From assembly GCA_050084515.1 (NCBI GenBank), contig CM114271.1, positions 15,810,001 to 15,874,000 of the forward strand: a DNA stretch of 64,000 nucleotides, in the 5' to 3' direction. Under the pieces are notes generated by a model. That model saw nothing but the letters and a program-made list of their open reading frames with translations, was not told the DNA's origin and did no database searches. Below, piece by piece: positions 53,548-64,000 of the stretch (its first letter is position 1; the number at the start of each line of letters is the position of its first letter). The position numbers and the translations under genes are program-made. This DNA is from Blasia pusilla. Lineage: Eukaryota.

Positions 53548-53998
53548 CAAGGTTGCACACAGACAAAGTCCATGTCTGTGTGGGCACGGGTTCCCACAAT
53601 CCATACCCAAGCCTGCCCAGCCCACAACATAAACATACCCAGGCTCGGCTAGCCCGCACCTAGTCTAAGAACCCATCACCCATTTTGTAGTCTGCATCAA
53701 CGTGTCCTAAGCCCGCATTGGCCCGCGGTAAATCCGAGTAGGACGGGGCCGAGCCTACAGTACACGGGCCGCAGCCCACCCTACGTGGTCCTGCCGTGGA
53801 CCAATGTGGGCTTAGGGCAGGCCGGTGCGAGGTATGTGCTCGCCAATTCCTTCCTGCCTCTCTTAATCTCATCCTGCACTTGTTCCCGCGTCCCGAGCCT
53901 GAGCCCTTGCGGGCTAAGGGATACTGAAAAACCTGAGCGGGAGACCAGTTGGGCATGTCTACCCCATGGACGGACATGTCCGTTTCTATGCAACCATG
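53548..53998. mobile_element. hAT-type MITE
   Basis: CAAGGTTGCAC...ATGCAACCATG termini with an 8-bp TSD gtgcacat/ttgcacat. Confidence 0.85.
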
Positions 53999-55394
53999 TT
54001 GCACATGCCACAAATCTAGGATAAATTGATACTTTTTTGTGTGGATTCTAATTAAGGCAAATATCCCTACCTTTAGAGAGAGATTGAGAAAGAATGAGAA
54101 AGAGACTTTCTCATTCTACTTGTCCACATTCTCACTCTTCTTAGGTATACAAAATAGATCTCTCTCTACTTTCTTTCTATGTAAGAATAGGTTTTGTAAA
54201 TTTAGTGGTTTCTATGTGGATATCTAATGGAAATTCATGTTTTAATATCATTATAGCATGTAAGACATAAACCAAGGTGCAAGTATCGTAAACACAAATG
54301 TCTTAAGTACTTCCTTGGAACTAGAACCACCACACATGTCCATCTTTATTTTTAACCAAATAATATTACAAATCCACTTTCCTTCCAGAGAGGAAACTTT
54401 TTTTTGAAAAAATATTTTCTCAAACTTCCCAAAATAGTATCCTCCCTCCCTCCTTCTTATATTATAATATAGATTACTATTTGCAATGCTTTCAATGCAC
54501 GCATTTGCACATAAAATAGAAAAGAAAAAGGAAAAAATGATTCCCAACAATTTCAAGCAACTCTTTTCTTTGAGAGAAACTCCCCTCCTAAACCTCCGCC
54601 TTTATATATTTGAAATAAAAAATTCATATTTTTTTAATAAATTTGATAAATCTATAAAGTTTTTTTAGTAGAAAACTATCAATCAATTTTCTCTTATCTT
54701 TAATATTTTTACAATATTTCTCGTCTAGGCATCTTTTACATTTGAATGTTTACTACCTCTAATCGTGCATTATATGAATGGCCTTTGTTCTGCCATTTTT
54801 TCTGAAATGTTATATTTCTTTATAGCCATAAGAACATAGAGAGTTATAAAGCATATCTTAGCCTTTTAAAAAGTTTCACCTTAAGACTTATTAATAGTTG
54901 TAGAAAATTTTTGACAAATAGGAAATTGACATCTACATGAATTGAAAGATAACCCTAAGTCACATGCAATCAAAGGAATACATCACATGAAATTTTGATC
55001 TCGAATGATTTTTCCTATAATGATCTTGGCATCAATGATATGTTGCATGAAACCACAAAATATTAAATTTGTGCTATTTTATTTTTATTTTTATCCATTC
55101 GTGCTTTGTAGTAACATAATTTGAGCTCCAAACTTCATTGAAAATTTAACAAACAATGTAGAGATAGTTTTAAATGTTAAAATACACTTTCAAATTTTAT
55201 GAGATAAATATGATTGAACCTATCATTTGAATGGAGTCAATACTTAGGTAAATATTATAAGAGAACACAAAGGAACAAATCATTACATACATAAAAAAAT
55301 TGGAAAAAAAGTAGCATAGACTATCTATATGCGTACAATAGAGCTTCAATGGAACTTAAACATGGAGAAAACTAAACATACAATAATGCACTAT

Positions 55395-56165
55395 CGTTGC
55401 AATTCCCCAAAACTCGACCAGTCTCCTCAAGTTGATTGCCTTAGGAAGCCCCTTCCCCAAGACTTGACCAATCTCTCCAAGTTGCTTGCCCATATCAAAG
55501 CCCATCGGTTAATTCCTCAAGGTTTGTCTCCGAGCTCAAACACAACCAAACATACACCACGGTTAGTTCCTTGTTCAAAGACTTGAGCGAGTAAGGAGGG
55601 AGAGTGTTCCTCCTTAAAGGTACTTCTGGGGTTCTCTTGGGGAACCCCGCCTTTCCCATTGTATCCCTAGGACCCTTGATTTTGGCCCTCAACCCAAAAG
55701 TAGTTTGCTACCTATCGACTAATATTTGACTAGTTATCCATCGAGATGATTTGGCAGAGGCTTCATGCATATTATTCAACTCTTGGCTCCCCAAAAGCAT
55801 CCTAAAGCTTGGACCAACATTACATGTGTCTCTTGGAAATTCCCGTCTTGACTCCTCGTTTGGCTTCCCTGAGGGCTTCTCAAGGTTTTCTTGCCACCCT
55901 TCATTTTCATGACTAGTCTCTAAGGTTTCACACCTTCTTTGCCTTGCCTTTGTACCCACAAGTAACTACGCCCCTTTCTCACCTAAGGCTAGTGCCATAG
56001 TCACAAGACATGTGCGCGTCTCACCTAGTGTTAGTCTCGCATCCCCTTCTACCATCCTTCCTAGCTAGTCTAGGTTCCAACTTTGGTGGGCCTCACCAAG
56101 GACTTTCCTCCTTGGATCCATCATCATGACTCACTTCTTAGGTCCTTGTTAGCCAAGGCGTCATA
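55395..56165. mobile_element. Diverged solo LTR related to 9749-10755
   Basis: Colinear shared blocks include caagttgcttgcc, agacttgagcg.gta.ggagggagag and gactc.cttctta. No clean TSD was found. Confidence 0.65.
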
Positions 56166-57276
56166 GATTTAGCTATTTGCAGCGGAGGGAGAGAATCGTA
56201 CCTAGACTAAGCAAACTTACGATACAAAATTACTTCAATAAGGATAATTATCAATTCAACTTAAGAAAAAAATATTTTTGTGGTATCAAAAGAATGTGCT
56301 TGAAGGTATGAATCTAGGAAATCCTTAGGAAAATAGTGTATTTAGAAAGTAACATAAATATTTGAGAGGAATAGACATGAAAAGGATCTATACATAAAAA
56401 CAGAAAGAAGAAATAATGGAGCATCCACTTGGGAGAAAAAACTAATTCTTCAAGACAATCATAAGAAGACCAAACATCCATGAAACCAATATTTGAGGAG
56501 AAAATAACCAAAAAATTTGAGAACACTAAGAAAACTATTTTAAGTGAAAATGAAGTCACCCATCAATGATTCATATGAGGGATAACAGCATAATATTGGG
56601 CCATTGTATAAGAATGGATTGAGTAAAATAAGAGGAAACCTTTAATATAGTTGAAAAAATTCAATGACACCATAAAAAAGATTAAGATACGTAAAGTCAC
56701 TAAAAGAAAAATGCCACTTTTATGACTTTAGACCTAATGACTACTTACTTTAAAATGACTCAATTGTAAGTGAACTAGTCATGATATGCACTATTAGTCA
56801 AAAGTAGTCATTTGTCTAATCATATTTAGTCATAATAAAGTATTCTAAGTCTCTCTAAAAAATGACTCGAAACTTTGAGTCACAAAATATGGTTATGACA
56901 ACACAGGTTCCACGTGGACAAGACCAAAGTCTTATGAACTTAGCGCTAGAATGTAAGTGGTGAACCTTGGGGAGAGGGAAGTAGGCGTCAGGGTACGCAG
57001 GCGCGCGTTGCAGCAAATTGAACTCCTTGTGTGGCCGGTTTTGTGTGTAGTCGGGTGAAGGGTTTTGTCTCTCTTTGAGGTGTGTAAAGATGCTGATTGT
57101 GGAAGAAGATTGAGAAAGGGAAAGATAGTGAGTGAAGGCGTGAGGACGGAGGAGAACACAAGCTTGTAGGAGGCGAGCAGAAGAGGAAAACGACCAAGTG
57201 CACGAGAGTTTTGCTAAAGAACTAAGTTGGAGAGGCAGGCAGAAGAGCATATCAGCTTAGAGAATTATAGAAGAAA

Positions 57277-62340
<5,064 letters not shown>

Positions 62341-62449
62341 GATTAGTTTTCTTCTTGTTTAGTGCATTGTTTCTTCTAACATAGCTCTTTGATGTTTAAT
62401 TTGTGGGCATGTAGCTTTAAAGAACTCTCATCAGCAAGCTGTGCACAAT

Positions 62450-64000
62450 TATCTATTTCAATTTTGTTAGGAAAGGCTAAGAAATAGCCTCTGATTATGG
62501 AGGGAAACTTACCTTCCCAAAGACTCTATGATTCAGAATATTTTTTGTTGAGGCTGCGTGGTCTTTTGGTGGATTTGAAGAACAAGATATTGCACAAGAG
62601 TAGGCCTTTAGGGATATTTGATCAGATCTTGGCTCTGCCAATCCTTGTACGGGTAAGGATTTTACAGTTGATTGATGATTCCAGAGAAAATGACCATGCC
62701 AATGGTTATAGAGTTGGGAAGAGAACATTATTTGACTAGACATCGTCATTTCTATATTAGGTTCGTTGATGTTATTCTCCTCCATGATGATAGATACTCT
62801 TTACTTGCCTGGATAATGGTCGGGGTGGTTGGTAAGGTCACTGTTCGTATATGCCACGATAAGCAAGGAATGGCTATTGGGACAGATACTGATGTAAATG
62901 TTACAAAATGGGTGCGTTTGTTAGAGTATGCAATTGAGGTCGGTGGGAAAAGTGTCCAAGTACGTTTAGAGTACAGTAATTTTTGGGAAGGGAAAAGTCC
63001 AGGAGAGCAAGTTTGCACTCGCTCAAGGAACCAAACAATTTCTGGAAGGACATGTATTTGTTGTTTCAAAATATGTTGTGCTGCTACATGGTAGGGAATT
63101 CCAGCACCTGATAGGTATTGGTAGTTTGATTAAGCTTGTTAAAGGCCATAAAGTAGGATTTTGATTAATGTAACAACTTTTCATTAAAGAGATCATGTGA
63201 AATGATCGTGGGTTTTTTGCATATTTGACTTCGGATATGATTTGTTAAGCAGCAAGTTTCTTTAGGAGTGTTTGAATGTGACTCTCAAGAAAGTAACTCA
63301 GATGATAGCTTTTTTCTGAACAAGTTCATACTCTTCTTTCCTCGAGAGTTTCCAAGAAAGCTTGGGGACTATCATGGATTGTTTTAGATAAAAGTATAGT
63401 AATGGCTCACTTTTTTCCGTACGTGTAAGTGATCTGTCATTTTCATAGGCACTCGTTTATAGTGGGATATTGCAATGGTGTTGAGATCATCTGGATCTAA
63501 TATGTCATGAATGTGATGAAATGGCTTGCAGCGTTACACACACCATTTGAATCGGTCTGAGTTTTCAAGGAGTGCAGAAAAATAGACCATCCAAGAAAGG
63601 TATTTATCAATTCCCTTGCAAGAATTCTTTAGTGGATAGTAGATAAAGCAAGTGTGGGTAAATATAGGATTCAAGGGATTTTTTTCATATATCAGTAGGT
63701 GAGATATACTACATATATCAAACCATTGAGGTCCATCTTGGAAATCTTTGTTTTTTTATTCCCCTTGGTATGGTGTGGTGTGTCGGATGGTTTAGGCTTA
63801 ATTACTCAATATTGTGGCTATGGAAACCACCTCCCTTGGACATAGGAAATCTTTACGTCATCCTAATAGAGTGGCTGCGCATGACTTGAATTATCGCGTA
63901 GAGAGCTTGCTAGGGCTCACGCAGATGGCAAGAGACGTATAAAATGCCCTTGCAATGAGTGCAAGGGGCATAAAACTATAAAATTACATACGGTAGATGT
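62450..64000 (+). mobile_element. Probable L1-type LINE remnant (ORF1-like region, then decayed endonuclease)
   Basis: VGVVGKV...DVNVTK..RLL...IEVGGKSVQVRLEYSNFW resembles plant L1 ORF1. Decayed WNxRG and LQES motifs lie near 63195-63295. Confidence 0.45.

Overview
Repeat-rich nuclear DNA from a land plant; the 5S rRNA copy resembles bryophyte (liverwort-like) 5S. There are two intact intron-containing housekeeping genes on the minus strand: TFIIF beta/RAP30 (18481-20199) and cytosolic fructose-1,6-bisphosphatase (45299-49607). The rest is mostly nested, degenerate transposons. The main find is a Ty3/Gypsy-type retrotransposon family, with one near-full copy at 32531-43564 and at least four partial copies. 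Its pol region reads gag - protease - DNMT3-like C5 cytosine methyltransferase - RT - RNase H - DDE integrase - PHD finger. Its ends look like split direct repeats (A ... B-ac-A-B) rather than two ordinary LTRs, with apparent 4-bp TSDs. Other elements: a LINE inserted in a (GA)n microsatellite, hAT-type MITEs with 8-bp TSDs, Helitron remnants, a Copia fragment, solo LTRs, a CRE-like non-LTR remnant, a 5S rRNA pseudogene and several long hairpins. All calls come from reading the sequence by eye; no database searches were run, and boundaries of degenerate elements are approximate.
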